Below are positions 15,530-30,010 of a stretch of 64,000 bases of DNA, in pieces (within the stretch, counting starts at the first letter, position 1; each line of letters begins with the position of its first letter). The position numbers and the translations under genes are program-made. Below the pieces are notes generated by a model. It was not told the DNA's origin. It did no database searches and worked only from the letters and a program-made list of their open reading frames with translations. The stretch is from the human T2T-CHM13v2.0 reference genome, Homo sapiens. Location: the NCBI RefSeq assembly GCF_009914755.1, contig NC_060936.1; one strand, written 5' to 3'.

Positions 15530-15544
15530 TTATAGTTACTCAGC

Positions 15545-15690
15545 CATACTTAAGGTTGGTATGAAAGCCATTTTTCTTCTTATTTTATAGATGAGGAAAC
15601 GTTCAGAGAAGTTGGCTTTTGGGTTGATCAGCAATGCTTGGTTTTAAACTTGGCTGGCTCTCTCTGGGACCAGTGCTCTTTCAGGTACCT
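15545..15690 (-). mobile_element. MIR
   Basis: attttatagatgaggaaac core. Confidence 0.6.
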
Positions 15691-16807
15691 GGTATGACTG
15701 TGGCTTGGCTTTCAAGCTCTTTACCAGATTTCCTACATAACATTCATTTACCCAAAAATGTTTATTAGTATTTTAAGAATCTTGTGTGCTGCCTTTTTTT
15801 TTTAGTGCCATATTCTCTCAATTCTAAATGGCACATTTTTCCCACTACTAAAATTAATGTCCCAATGGCATTTTTTTTCAAAATCTGAGAATAAATTGAT
15901 TCAACAGCTGATGTCATAGAAATGAGGAAGAACAATATTTGCGTTCCATCACTATGCCTAGAAAACCTATTACATGTCTTGAATTCCCTCTTCTCCTACC
16001 TCTGAAAAAAATGTTTGCTTTTGTGTGAAAACTTTATGTATCTCAGTTACTATTATTTCTATTCTTACAATCTTCCTTTATTAATTTTCATGATTCTAAA
16101 TTTATTTTTTAAGTCACTCAGTTTTTTCAAGAAATAATCCTTATTGCATAGTTTTTTTTTTATCCTGAGAGAATTTGATCTAGTATCTACTAGTTTTTCA
16201 AATGATCTTGCTAAATAGTTACTGAGGTTTTTCAATAATGGCTGGACTTATTGGAATGTATTTTCTCCATTGCGTTAACATAAACATTATCCTGTCTTCA
16301 AACTTACTTATATTCCATGACATCTTGTCAGTATTTTTCAGCCCTGGTATGAAAAACAATATGTAAGAAATTAAGTTTTATAATTTCTTGCTGACTTTTT
16401 CTGTCTTTGCCTTAACTGCTGGAGGTTTTGTTACCAGATATGACAGGACCTGAGCAGAGTGAAATCAAGGTTGAAAAAAAATTGAATGTCTGAACCATTG
16501 ACCCTAAGAGCAAGAGGGAAGGAAGAAGTGGAAAGCATTCCAAAATATTATGTTCAAAGGACTATGGAGCTCAAAACCTCAGCATAAAGAATTGAAGTGA
16601 AATCAATGGCTCCATTATTAGTGGATTAACTAAAGTATTGAACAGGAGACCAAGACTGGATTTTTGTTGAATGAACCTTGCCCACATGAGAAAAGTTAGT
16701 GAAAGACTCAACTGAACGCTCAATCCAAGGCATCCTTTGTATTTGATCTGTGACATCAAAACTGTTTCCAACATGTGATGGTCATGTTTACATTGTCTTA
16801 GTCTGGC

Positions 16808-16990
16808 TTCATTAACTCATTCACCATTTATTTATTCAACACCCACTATCTGTAAGACACTGTGATAAACAAGTGATATACAAGATAAACAAGAGATATA
16901 CAAGATAAACAAGAGATATACAATCCTTTTTTTTCCCCCTATAGACTGTAGTCTATTGGGAAACTTGGGCAATAAAATAGGTAATTACAA
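16808..16990 (-). mobile_element. L2 3' fragment containing a 3x20-bp tandem repeat (16864-16923)
   Basis: ttcattaactcattcaccatttatt..; unit gataaacaag(a/t)gatatacaa x3. Confidence 0.7.
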
Positions 16991-17329
16991 TGAAGGCTAT
17001 AGCTTTGATATCAGGAGTTAGTCTAGCTCCCTCTCTAGCTCTATCCGTCTCCTTTCCCAAGCCCCTCTGCCCTTACTTTTTGTTTAAACAGCTCTGATCA
17101 TATCAAGTTATTTTGAATAACTTTAAAAAATGCAGGAAGATATACAGTCCACTGACCATATGCCTCAGTAGTGAAAAAATGTGTTTATGTATACCTGCCT
17201 CAGAATGAAGCTTCCTGTACCTCCAAATTTATAATAATTTTCCAAATATTTTCTCAGCTTTTTTCAACACTTCTTTTACAGCATCCTAGATCAAAATGAT
17301 TGATTTTAGAGATTTTTATTAAATATTCT

Positions 17330-19960
17330 TTAACTCATTCCTACTGTATGCTAGGTACTATGCTATCTCTCAAGGATATAATGATAAGTAAACAGACAGG
17401 CTGACATGCTATCTATACTTAGGAAGTTTACAGTCTAGTGGTAAATACACATATTAAATTAAAAATATGCAAATGACAAGTCAGCTTGTCATACATGTTA
17501 ACAGGGAAATTGCAAGAGCATAGAATTTCCTCATGGGATAAAAGTGAGTGGGAGAGAATTTAGATGAATGTGAAAAGACTGACTCTTGGTGAAAGTTTGA
17601 TTTATTTTGAATCCTGAAGAATAAAGATTTATTCAAGACACAACATGGGGGAATAATTAGTTATTCCCACATTCTCATATTTAGTTTCATCTCATCTCAT
17701 ATTTCTAGATTTAAAAGTTTGGTCATGGTTTTTTAAAGATGTGAATTACCTTAAGTCTCTAAGTCAAGACTCTGTGTCTCTAAACTTGGATCAGAAACTA
17801 GCTGGAGAAATAAGAAAAGAAAAAAAAGACTGTCATGCAAATGTCTAACCATTTAAAATATGAGGATTTAAGGAGCCAAAGGCAGATCAGCAAGTGAAAG
17901 CTTTTCACTTCCGTTAACATTTCTCATTCTAAATTGGAAGTTATGTGCTATGACAACATAAGAAGAGGATTTCTAACTCAGAGTAGGAGAGCCAAGGAAC
18001 ATATTCTAAAGCAACTGATTTCAGAATTGAGACCTAAGTGATAATTAGGAGCTAATCAGAAGAGCAGATGGCGGAAGGAGAAAAAGTGGAGGAAGATAGC
18101 CCAGAGGAGTCAGGGAGTCAAGAAAGAAGAGGAATTTGAGAACGAGCCCAGAGGCAAGAGGGCTGAAAAGTCCTGTAGTTCAGTACTCGGAGGGTGCTGG
18201 TAGAGGGGAACAGTGGCAATGTGTCACTGGGGAGGTGATAGGGAAGGCAATGAGAGACCCTTAGATTGTATTAAGAAGACAAGTGACTTGATTGAATTTT
18301 TGTCTGCAAGAAAGCTCTGGCTACTGTTGTGAAAACATTTTTGAGTGAGGCATGACTGTGAAGCAGAAAGAATACTAGAGGGTAGTGCAGTAACCTTGGA
18401 TAGAAATACCAATGACCTAGTCTAGTGGTTACCAAACTTTGTTCCTCAAACACTCCCAAAATAATTTTGTAAAATTGTATATCATCTCATATACTTGTGA
18501 ATTGACATAAACATTCATCATAAGTTTAAACCGTTGCAAAATGTAATTTTCAGCATATTGTAAATTTTGCCATTTTAAATTGTCTGTTGTATTACTCTTA
18601 ATAGTATCCATTAGAGTCTGAATAATACCGAGATTCAATGCTCGTCATTATCTATTTAAAAATATTTGATATATCTCTTGCACAACTCTAAAAATTTTGT
18701 GCCATTTTTTTCTTTTTAATTTCTATTTTCATTCTCATGGATTTCACTCTTTTATTATATATCATATGCTCAAAAGTATTTAATTATCTAATAATGCATT
18801 TTAGTTATAAAATGGTTATAATTTAATTTTAAACATTTCCGATAAGGTTTTAAGTGTTAATTATTTTTCTAGAATGAGTTGTCAATAAAATTTTTATTAT
18901 TGAACACTTGAATAAATCTATATAACTACATTTCAAATTCTGAAAAAATTGTTACTGACAAAAGAAGTACAACTTTATTGGCAATGTATAGCTTAATGTA
19001 ACAGACGGGCTTTTAAAATTTTAATCCCTCTACCTTTGGGAGAATGTTACTTATTGCCAAAATTAGACAGAGTTTAATATTAATTCTGTTTTGAATTTGA
19101 TCTATTGTCAAAAATTATCTTTAATAAACTTAATTTTGTTGAATGCAAAGAAATGGAAATTGCTTGACTTACGAAATAATTTAGTTGCTAGCCATTCACT
19201 TTCTCAATAGCCATACCAGTATTTCTCAACATTTATATCAGTTATCTTTTTGTTTGGTGCTCCCAAAGAGTTTACATGCTCAATCAATGCACATTAAATT
19301 TTGGGTGGGTGAGAAGTATGTCTTTCTTCTGTAAAATAAGAGGAAGGTAACTAGGAAAGAGGGAGCTGGAAAGTAGAGCCTGCACTTGTGTCTGAAGATA
19401 GAGCTGAAGATAAATGTATCTTAAGTTAATTATCTAAAATCTTTTTCCAAGTACAACTTGGAAGGATTTGTATGCCCTCAGGAATATATATACACCAGTT
19501 TAAAGACCACTCAGATAGATTGAGGCAGTGACAATGACAGTAGAAAAAAGTGGAAAGACATTAGAAAGAAAGAGAAATATAAGGTGAAAAACTCAATAAA
19601 TTTCTGTATTGTGTTAGATTGGTAGCATGTATAAAAGTTCTAGAAGTCAACAAGAGTGGGCTACATTTTAAATATTCCTCTGGAGAGTAGAAAATCGCTG
19701 AGTAGGGAAATAGAATGATTTGCCTGGTATCTGGAGATAATGAGTTTATAGGGCTGACCTGCAAGGCTGTACAATTTTCTCTGCAGTCATCAGCCACAAG
19801 GGTGAAGATGCAGAGAAAGCACAAAGTTGAGGGCTTTGCGTGCTAATTTCAGAAAGTCGATTTTGAGGGATAGTGAATTATTATGAATGAAAATTGATAA
19901 ATTTCAATTTCTCTGGGCAAGATAAACTAAAAGTGGACTCAAACAGAGGAATGTATGTGT
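17330..19960 (-). mobile_element. Fragmented L2, split by a hAT element
   Basis: ctactgtatgctaggtactatgct..gaagtttacagtctagtgg; purine-rich L2-like sequence 18000-18420 resumes after 19512. Confidence 0.6.
18423..19512. mobile_element. hAT-Charlie-like DNA transposon (~1.1 kb)
   Basis: Inverted termini tagtggttaccaaact / agtttaaagaccactc; interrupts L2. Confidence 0.6.
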
Positions 19961-20205
19961 AGTAGTAAGGAAGATTTGCCAAAGTATGTCAGGAAGGGAA
20001 AAGAACTTGAGGAAAAAGTCCAGCGGCAGGAGGTCTGGGATGTCCTGCAAGGTTGACTTTGAGGTAATCCATACACAAAAATAACTTGAGAATGCATAGT
20101 TCCGAGAAACAACCCCTGCAGATCAAAGCAAAGAAAGCTGCCATAAAAATAATCAGAATGACATTCAGGAGACAAAGTTCTGGAACATTCTAGACTCTCT
20201 CTCTC

Positions 20206-20382
20206 CAATGTTTTACAAACATATACTTAAAGCAACTATACAATATATAACACACTGGACATTATATTATTTGAAACTATTGACATACATATTAATAAGA
20301 GTTTAGATGTCAACGTATAATATGCAAAGGGGTAAATAACTTTTTAAGGGGGTTTTGTAGGCAAAAACTTTGAAGACCACTG
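20206..20382. mobile_element. Short hAT-Charlie-like MITE
   Basis: Termini caatgttttacaaac / ctttgaagaccactg. Confidence 0.45.
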
Positions 20383-21634
20383 AAATGAAGTACTGAGAAC
20401 TAGAAGCAGAAATTTAGAGATAATGATGTTTGTCTAGATGCTGGGGAATATGTGATGCTGAAGGTTGGTGCTGGTAGACTTAGAGTCAATTTTAATAATA
20501 AATCTACACAACTTTTCCAAAGAATTGTATGACTATGAGTATTCCAAAGGTATTCACCAAATAAGCCATTCTAAGAATTTGGTAGGGCTGTTGAAAATAG
20601 CAAAGGCAGTATGGGCAGGTAATACCTCTTTTAGTGGAAAAGAATTTGATAAATTCATCTTCATTACTACATTCTAGCTTGCAGAGGTTTGTGGGCGGTG
20701 GAGATGTCTTAGGAACTTTGATGAAAGTTGACAGAGAAAGCAGCCTGGGGTTAGAAACACTTATACCTTTAAATCATTCACAAGAAATGAATGACCTGAA
20801 AGCAGGTGGGTTCTCAGAAAATAGACAGAACTATGGTGCTGCTCCAGTAGAGAAATGAAGTTGCTTCCCATGGAAAAAGTCAAGTCAGAACCTTGATGCC
20901 TTCCAGCAAAATAGTATTAAATTGATGAATTAAATTTTTCTAAATGTGTTTTTGCATACTCATACAAAAGAAAATCTCGGAAAAGTCAGTCATTGTCACC
21001 TTCCAGGTACAAAAAGCTGAGCTCTGCATACACAGCCCTTCATATTTCCAGAGATAGCCCAGGCCCTAAACAGGATTTGGCCAGCTTCCTTGACTCTCTG
21101 TATGAATCTGCAAGTTCCTTTGTGTTTTGTTTTTCTTGTCTCTGGTAGTGGTGGTGGTGGGATATTACTTTTTAATTCTGTGTACACATTGCCACAAATT
21201 TAGCAACTGTTAAAACATACTTGGTTATCTCAATTTCTTTGGGTTAGGAGCATGGGCACAGCTTAGCTGGATCCTCGGTTCAGAATCTCACAAGGTTGAA
21301 GTCAAGTTTGGCTGGGCTGTGTTCCCTTCTGGAGCTTGGTGTTCTCTTCCAGTTGTTAGCAGAATTCAGTGCCTTGTAGTTACAGGACTAAGGTCCTGAT
21401 TTCTTGCTGTCAGCTCTGAGAGGTCACTCCCTATTCTTTGCCCTTCTCACTGCACCTTCATTTGGCCTCTCCCAACATAGCAGCTCACTTCTTCAAGGCC
21501 AGCAGGAGACCCCTTTCTCTTCTGGAAGGGCCCAAGCCCTCTTTTAAGGACTTTCACTTGATTAAGACCAGCCCATTCAGAATAATTTCTCTTTCAATTA
21601 AGTGAGAACCAACTTATCTGAGACCCTAATTAAG

Positions 21635-22415
21635 ATTAACAAACAATATGAAAAAAAGCTGAACATCACAGATTATTAGAGAAATGCAAATCAAAACCAC
21701 AATGAGATACCATCTCACGCCAGTCAGAAGGGCAATTACTAAAAAAGTCAAGAAACAACAGATGCTGGAGAGGCTATGGAGATGTTGGTGGGAATGTAAA
21801 TTAATTCAACCATTGTGGAAGATGGTGTGGTGATTCCTCAAAGATCTAGAACCAGAAATACCATTTGACCCAGCAATCCCATTATTGCATATATACCCAA
21901 AGGATTATTAATCTTTCTATTACAAAAATACATGCACACGTATGTTCATTGCAGCACTATTCACAATAGCAAAGACAGGGAATCAACCCAAATCCTCAAC
22001 AGTGATAGACTGGATAAAGAAAATGTGGTATATATACACCATGGAATACTATGCAGCCATAAGAAGGAACAAGATCATGTCCTTTGCGGGGACATGGATA
22101 GAGCTGTAAGCCATTGTTTTCAGCAAACTAATGCAAGAACGGAAAACCAAACACTGAATGTTGTTACTTAGAAGTGAGGGCTGAACAATGAGAACACACG
22201 GACATAGGGAGGGGAACAACACACACTGGGGCCTGTCAGAGGGTGGGGTTGGGGGAGGGAGAGCATCAGGAAAAATAGCTAATGCATTCTGGGCTTAATA
22301 CCTAGGTGATGGGTTGATAGGTGCAGCAAACCACCATGGCACATGTTGACCTATGTAACAGACCTGCACGTCCTACACATGTACCCCAGAACTTAAAATA
22401 AATATAAAAAATTTA
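21635..22415 (+). mobile_element. L1PA (older, PA10-16 group) 3' fragment
   Basis: gaaatgcaaatcaaaaccacaatgagatacc..gcagcaaaccaccatggcac..catgtaccccagaacttaaaataa. Confidence 0.92.
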
Positions 22416-22557
22416 AAACAGATATAAAGAGGAGATGATGGTGAAAGGGGATGAAAAGGTTAAAGAATATGGAGAATAGACCCATAAGTAGGTAAAATAA
22501 ACGACTAATAGACTAATAGTTCCAGAAGGCGAGAACAGAATTGAGAGATGAGGAGAG

Positions 22558-22800
22558 GGGTAAACTATGGACTTTAGTTAATAAATATCAATATTGGCTC
22601 ATCAATTGTAACAAAAGCCTCACACTAATGTAAGATGTAGGATATAAAAGATAAGATAATAGCGGAAACTGTGTGGGCAGATGAAGGGGGTATATGGGAA
22701 CCTATCTGATCTTTTTATCACAATTTTTCTGTAAACCTAAAACTGCTCCCAAAAAGTTATTAAAATAAATAAGTAAACAAATTGTGCAATGGAAAAAAAA
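22558..22800 (+). mobile_element. L1MC 3' end fragment
   Basis: gtaaactatggactttagttaata..ggctcatcaattgtaacaaa..ctgtaaacctaaaactgctc. Confidence 0.8.
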
Positions 22801-23577
22801 ACGACAAAAAGATTTTCTTTTTTTGCACTTTTGCCACACAGTATTTTTTCACTTTTGTGTAACCTAATACAGAGAGTAATATCCCATCATATTGACAGCT
22901 TCCACCCACATTCAAGGGAAGAATCAACAGGAGCATTATGCTGGGGGTCAGGGCAAGAATTTTGAGATCTTACAATTCTGTTTACCACAGGAGTGAAGGG
23001 TACAGAATTATAGTGATATTTGATTATCTATATCCTGTCACTTTATTATAAAATTACTTGATTCAAGTTTTAATAAATTTTTACCAATGCTAATGTTTTC
23101 AATTTGGCTTGCTTAAATAATTCACCATCCAAAACTTTTCTACTTTCAACATTTAAAACTGAAGACTGCTTTTTATAGCTGATGTCAGTAAAAAATCTAT
23201 TAATATAATTATTAATCATACTTTTCCAAAACTTTTCCAACTATACTGTTTTCCTTGAAATAGAACATCCATTATCTTACATATTACATTTGAAGTCTTC
23301 ACCTGTTACAAACCCTATAAGACTTTTACATTTTTTCTAATTCTTTACATAATATTGATCAGAAATCGGATTTTTAAACTCATTAGGCTCAATTCAACAG
23401 ACAAAATTCATCTTTATAAACATATATTGCATACTTTATTAGCTAGTCAGTTTGCCAGGATATAAAACTGAAAAAGATTATTCTGTTCTCAAATAGTTTG
23501 TGAAAAATTTCCTGATGATACATTAGGATAATTTTTAATATTTTGTCTGGATGTCTTCTAAGGTCTGGTGCAATATG

Positions 23578-24303
23578 TGTGATGTCTTCTTTAATAACAC
23601 TTATCCAGTTTTGATTCTCTGGACACCAACTGGGTGTTCAACAATTCAATTCAATTGTGCCTTTAATTTATTGGAGTTAGTGCAGACCCCACAGGTTAAT
23701 GGTTCAGTCTTACAAGATTGCCCCCCACTTCAGATGCCAGTTGCAAGCCTCAAGCTTCCTGTATTTCTGATCAACGGGCTACAAATTGCAGGCTCCCACG
23801 ACATCTTACACAGGTTTAATAAATTGCTGTAATGTCTCATAGAACTCAAAAGAATGCTACTTACTATTACCAGTTTATTATGATGGATGCAACTCAAAAA
23901 CAGCCAAAGGGAGGAGATATGTAGGGCAAGTATGGGACAAGGGGCAGGAGCTTCCATACTCTCTCTAGGCATGCCACTCTCCCAGTAACTCCATGTGTTC
24001 GCCAACATGGAAGCTCTGCAAACCCCAGCATTTAGGGATTTTAATGGAAAGTTATTACTTACACATGATTCATTGGCCATTGGCAGAAAGTTTGAGGTGG
24101 GGCTGAGAGTTCCAAACTTCTAATCAAGGCTTGGTATTTCTGGCAACCAGCTCCCTCATCCTGAAGCTATCTAGGGGCCCACAAAGAGTCACCTTATTAC
24201 TACAAAAGATACTTCCATCATCTTTAACACTCAGGAAATTCCAAAAGCTTTAGGAGCTCCGTGCCAGGAACAGGGGACAAAGACCAAATATCTATGTTAC
24301 CAC
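23578..24303. mobile_element. MER21-type solo LTR
   Basis: gacaccaactgggtgttcaacaattcaattc..gcagaccccacaggtta..ggagctccgtgccaggaacaggggacaaagaccaaata. Confidence 0.85.
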
Positions 24304-24790
24304 TCAGGGTAATGTAACTACCAATTCAGAAATTATCACTGTACAACATAATTTAAATTACTTTGGAAAGAAACACATGGCTACTTTAAAGTTAATTGAA
24401 GCCTGTTTGCTAACTTAAAGAACATATCACATTTTCTTGACATTTGCCCCAACTGAGTTGGCTTGTCCATGTTAAGTTTTTTTCTCTTTCTGCAGACTTA
24501 AGTGTTTTGGCTGCATTTGTCTCAGCCCATTTATAAAACATTAGATGAAATGTTTTATCTAATGCTCCTAGCACTAATCCTTAGGGAACTCTGATTAAAA
24601 GTTTTCTATTTAGAAAAAAATACATACTCATGATTAAATTTGCCTGTTTAAAAAAAAAGTAGAAATGTCTCTCAAGTACCTAGTGAAACATTTTTAAAGT
24701 TTTTTAATGGAATCTTGTTTCATAAATTAAGAAAATAAGTGTAAGTAATTTCTACTAGTTTTCTTTCTCTTTGATTTTTTTTTCTCTTAG

Positions 24791-24867
24791 CCAGAGATTA
24801 TTTAGGAATGTATCTTCCCCTTGAAATACTGCTGGATTGCTCCCCAGTGCACCATTTTATTGTAGAA
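24791..24867 (+). other. Weak candidate exon
   Basis: Long polypyrimidine tract ending ctcttag; donor GAA|gtgaga; one open frame RDYLGMYLPLEILLDCSPVHHFIVE. Confidence 0.2.
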
Positions 24868-24949
24868 GTGAGATTCACTCACTCTATAATAATCCTTAAG
24901 AACCGTTCTGTGCCTATTTATATTTACCAATTTCTTTAAAAGAACCCTC

Positions 24950-25466
24950 TTCAAAAAAGTTATTTTCAGTTTACTCATTAATTTTTTATTGGTTTCCTTT
25001 GAGTTTACAATGTGTATCTTTACTTAATCACTTTTGAATAATATTATGCCACTTTCTATATAGTACAACCACCTTTACAACAGTGTACTTCCAGTTCTTT
25101 CTGCCGTCACTGTTACTGTTGTCATACATGGCATTTTTACTTATGTCTTAAACCTCACAACATATTGTTACTATTTTTGTTCTAGATAGTGAATTTTCTT
25201 TTACAGCAATTACAAATTAGGAAAAAGTGGGAGGGTTGCTTGAGGCCAGGAGTTTGAGGGCTAGGAGTTTGAGACCAGCCTGGGCAGCCGAGTGAGGCCC
25301 CTGTCTTTACAAAAATAAAGAAAAAAAAAAAATAGCTGGGCTGCACCTAGCTTCTCAGAAGTCTGACGTGGAACAATCACTTGTGCCCAGGAGTTTGAGG
25401 TTGCAGTGACCTATGATTGTACCACTGCACTCCAGTCTGGGTGACAGAGTGAGACCTTGTCTCTTA

Positions 25467-25504
<38 letters not shown>

Positions 25505-25680
25505 AATATTTTTCTTATTTACCCTATTTTTACTTTTCTGATCCTCTTCACTTCTTTCTGTAGATCCAGGTTGTGTTCAGTGTCATACTCTTTCTGCTGT
25601 GCAGCCCAGTTTCTAACAGGTCACGGACTGGTACCAGTCTACTGCCTTTCACATTTCTTAAAACGTGGGTTTCCCTTTAT
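24950..25680 (-). mobile_element. Old L1M (MC/MD-like) fragment
   Basis: gagtttacaatgtgtatctttactta..aataatattatgccact; gtagatccag..tttctgc..cctttcacatttctt. Confidence 0.6.
25227..25466 (+). mobile_element. AluJ, 5'-truncated, followed by (CA)n at 25469-25502
   Basis: gcttgaggccaggagtttgag..gttgcagtgacctatgattgtaccactgcactccag. Confidence 0.88.
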
Positions 25681-26803
25681 GGGGTTTACAGAGGTTACTG
25701 ATTTCTCCTGTAGTCTGACAAAAATAAAATGTTACATGTGTTTCCTCTCCTTTTGGAGAGGTTTGGCTTTTTTTGTTACCCAGGTTACTCGGTGGCTTTA
25801 CAACTTCAGGTCTCTGATACACTCAAGGAAAGTTATGAATATCATCTGGCTTTTTTCACATTGTTACACAGAGGCGAGATTCTTTGAAGCTTTCAGCATC
25901 CAATGCAGAAGCAGAAGTCCACTCACAATTCACTCCTTCAGTGATTGTATGCTGTATTGTCAATGTAAAGGTCATGAAAAAAATCTCCTTGTTATTTCAT
26001 GAATTTAACCCTCTTTTCTGAACTGGGTAAAGACTCCTTCTTTCACTGAATTTGCCTTAATACCAAGCTACATCTGTAATCTTTATAAATACTGAATACA
26101 TGCTTATTGAAAGTTACAGAGCAAACTGGTTTTTCTCCCCATTTCATCCTAACTGTATACATAATATTTTGAAATCTACCATTACTATAAACTAGAAGCA
26201 TTTTTATATTTATTAAATCTTTACATCTTTTCTCTACCTTATTAAATGAAGATGTATTAAAGAAAGCATGTTTTAACTTTAGTCATTTAAAATATAGCTA
26301 TCACATATTTGCTGTTTTATAGGCATTGAGGAAGATGTTCATGAGAGCACTGTCCTAATGACAAAAATTGGGTTCAGGGACCTTGATATTTTATGAATTT
26401 AAAATGATAATCTTAGAATTATTGCCAAATAGAACTGCAGGAAGTATATTATGTTCAATGCTGGACTGTTAGAGGTTCTGAATTAATGTTTATGAATATA
26501 AGATTCATCCATGATACTTAAGAAAGCTAAAATTGTTGGGATTTTCCTTCTATATACTGTTATTTCAGTTAAAATATAATTGATGAATAGATAATTTATA
26601 ATTCTAATTCTAAAATACTGTAATTCTGTATTAGACAGAATAGGCTAAGATAAAATAGGCAACAATTGTATTAACAAATATCCATAAAACCTTAAGTATT
26701 TGACATAGTAAAGGTTTATTGGCTATTCACATCACAGCTAAATGCACTAATATCCTATCTCTTAATTTATGTATAGCAAATAACCTCTAAGGATTCCCTG
26801 TAG

Positions 26804-27587
<784 letters not shown>

Positions 27588-27589
27588 TA

Positions 27590-30010
27590 TTTTTCTTTTT
27601 CTTTTAATAACTTTATCGAGATATTATTCACATACCCTACAATTCACCCATTTAAAGTGTACAATTCACTGATTTATAGTTGTGCAATCATTAATCTAAT
27701 TTCAGAACATTTTTATTCCTTAAAAGAAACTCTATAAGTGTTGGCTTCATTCTGCCCCCATCCCCTCCTCTTACCCCTGAGCAATCACTAATCTACTTTC
27801 TATCTTTATGATTTACCTATTCTGGACACTTCATGTGAATGAAATTGCACTATATGATTTCATACCTTTTGTGAATTTTCTTTCACTTAGCATAATGTTT
27901 TCAAGGTTCATTGATATTGTATCATGTAAAACTACTTCATTCCTTTTTATTACTGTATAATATTCCATTGTATAAATATACCACCTTTTCTGTATCCGTT
28001 CATTAGCTGATGGACATTTGAGTTGTTTATGCTTTTTGGCTATTATGAATAATGCAGCAATGACTATCTGTAAGTTTTGTGTAGATATATGTTTTTATTT
28101 ATCTCATGCATACAATTAAGGGTGGAATTGCTGGGGCATATGGTAACTCTATTCTTAAATTTGGAGGCAAAGTTACCACCAAACTGTTTTCCAAAGTAAC
28201 AGCACTATTTTTACATTTCCACCAGCAATGAATAAAGGTTCCTTTTTCTCCACATTCTCACCAAAATTTCTTCTTGCCTTTTTTATTAAAGCCATCATAG
28301 TGGGTGTGAAGTAATAGTTTATTGTGGGTTTGATTTGCATTTTCATAATGAGTAATGATAGCAATGATTTGGATGTCTTTTCATGCGATCATTGTCCATC
28401 TGTGTATCTTCTTTGGAGAAACACCTCTTCAAATCCTTTGTTTATTTATCTAATTGGGATTTTTGTCTTTTTAAGTATTGAGTTATAAGAGTTCTTTTAT
28501 AATTCTGGATACAAGTCACTTATTAGATATATGTCTTGCAAATATTTTGTGCTATTCTGTGAGTAGTCTCTTCACTTTCTTGATGATATACTTTGATGCC
28601 CAAAAGTTTTCAATCTTAATGAAGTCTAATTCTATTTTTGCTTTTGTTGCTGATGCTTTTTGTATCCTATGTAAGAAATTTTGGCCTAACTCGTGGTCAA
28701 AGATTTACTCCTATGCTTTCTTCCAAGAAACATACAATTTTAGCTCTTACATTTAGATTTATGACTTATTCTGAATCATTTTTTTGGTATGGTGTGAAGT
28801 AGGGGTCCAAACTTATTTTTTTTGTATTTGAATATTTAGTTGTTTCAGTACCATATACTCATTGAACTGTCTTCACATTCTTTTCAAAATCTATTGACCA
28901 TAAAGGTAAAGGCTTATTTCCATACTCTGAATTCTGTCCTATTGATCTATATGTCTATTATTACCAATACTACATTGTCTTGATTATTGTTACTTTGTAG
29001 TGAATTTGAAATTTACAACTGTGAATTCTCCACTTTGTGCTTCTTCTCAGTACTCTTTTGGATATTCTGGGTCCCTTGGATTTTCATATTAATTTTAAGA
29101 TTGGCTTGTCAAAATTTGCAAAAAAGTCAGGTGAAATTTTGAAAGGGATTACATTCAATCTGTAGAATACTCTTGGGAATATTGACATGTAAAATATATT
29201 AAGTCTTCTGAACAACGAACATAAGATGATTTTCCATTAATTTAGGCCTTTTGTTTCTTAAACAATGTTTTGTAGTTTTCAGTGTAAATTTCTTGCACTT
29301 CTTTCATCAAATTCTTTCCTAAGTATGTTATTCGTCTTGGTGCTATTGTAAATTTAATTATTTTTAAATTGTATTTTTAGATTGTTCATTGCCAAGTATA
29401 TAGAATATGATTATTTTTTGCATATTTATCATCTACCCTGAAACCTTGCTGAATTCATTTATTAGCCATAATTTTTTTAGTGGATTCCTTAGAATTTTCT
29501 AAATACAAGATTATGTCATCTGCCAATAAAAATAGTTTTATTCTTTTTTCCCAACCTGGGTTTATTTTATTTCTATTTCTTATCTATTTGCTCTGTCCAG
29601 AACTTTCAGTAAAATGTTCAGTAGAAGTGGTGAAAGAGACATCTTTGTCTTATTCCTGATCATATGGGAAAAGTATTCAGCAATTCATCTTTAACATAAT
29701 GTTAGCAGTGGATTTTGTGTTGATGCTCTTTATCAAGTTGGGAAAGTTTCCTTCTATTCCTAGTTTAGTAAGCATTTTTATTATAAAAAGTGTTGGAGTT
29801 TGTCAAATGCTTTTTCTACATCTATGCAGGGTGATCATATGGTTTTTGTTCTTTATTCTATTAATATGATGTATTGCATCAATTGATTTTTGGATTTTAA
29901 ACTAACATTGTGTTATTGGGAAAAATCTCACTTGGCTATGATGTATAATCCTTTTTACCTATCTAGCCAGATTCAGTTTGCTAATATTTTGTTGATAATT
30001 TTTACATTTG
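27590..30010 (-). mobile_element. L1MB 3' 2.4 kb
   Basis: ctttatcgagata..caattcacccatttaaagtgtacaattca terminus; ORF2-like MKMQIKPTINYYFTP on the minus strand. Confidence 0.9.

Larger units (their letters stand above)
21170..22988 (-). mobile_element. MLT1E/F-like MaLR LTR split by L1 insertions (pieces 21170-21632 and ~22830-22988)
   Basis: cacaaatttagcaac..cagcttagctggatcctc..gcagaattcag; resumes atatcccatcatattgacag..ttctgtttaccaca. Confidence 0.75.

Noticed and set aside
16864-16923. 3x20-bp repeat as a CRISPR-like array
   Set aside because: No spacers; it is a simple tandem duplication inside L2 in eukaryotic DNA.
24496-24740. Acceptor ttctctttctgcag with a downstream gtaagt
   Set aside because: The segment is stop-rich and would leave only a ~50-nt intron before the next acceptor.
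25457-26002. 181-aa ORF
   Set aside because: Non-ATG start in an Alu tail; it runs through (CA)n, L1 and a MER1 patch.
26322-26395. Exon-like segment GIEEDVHESTVLMTKIG
   Set aside because: It resembles a degraded L1 3' fragment (gatgttcat..gcactg..aaaaattgg) and has no good donor.
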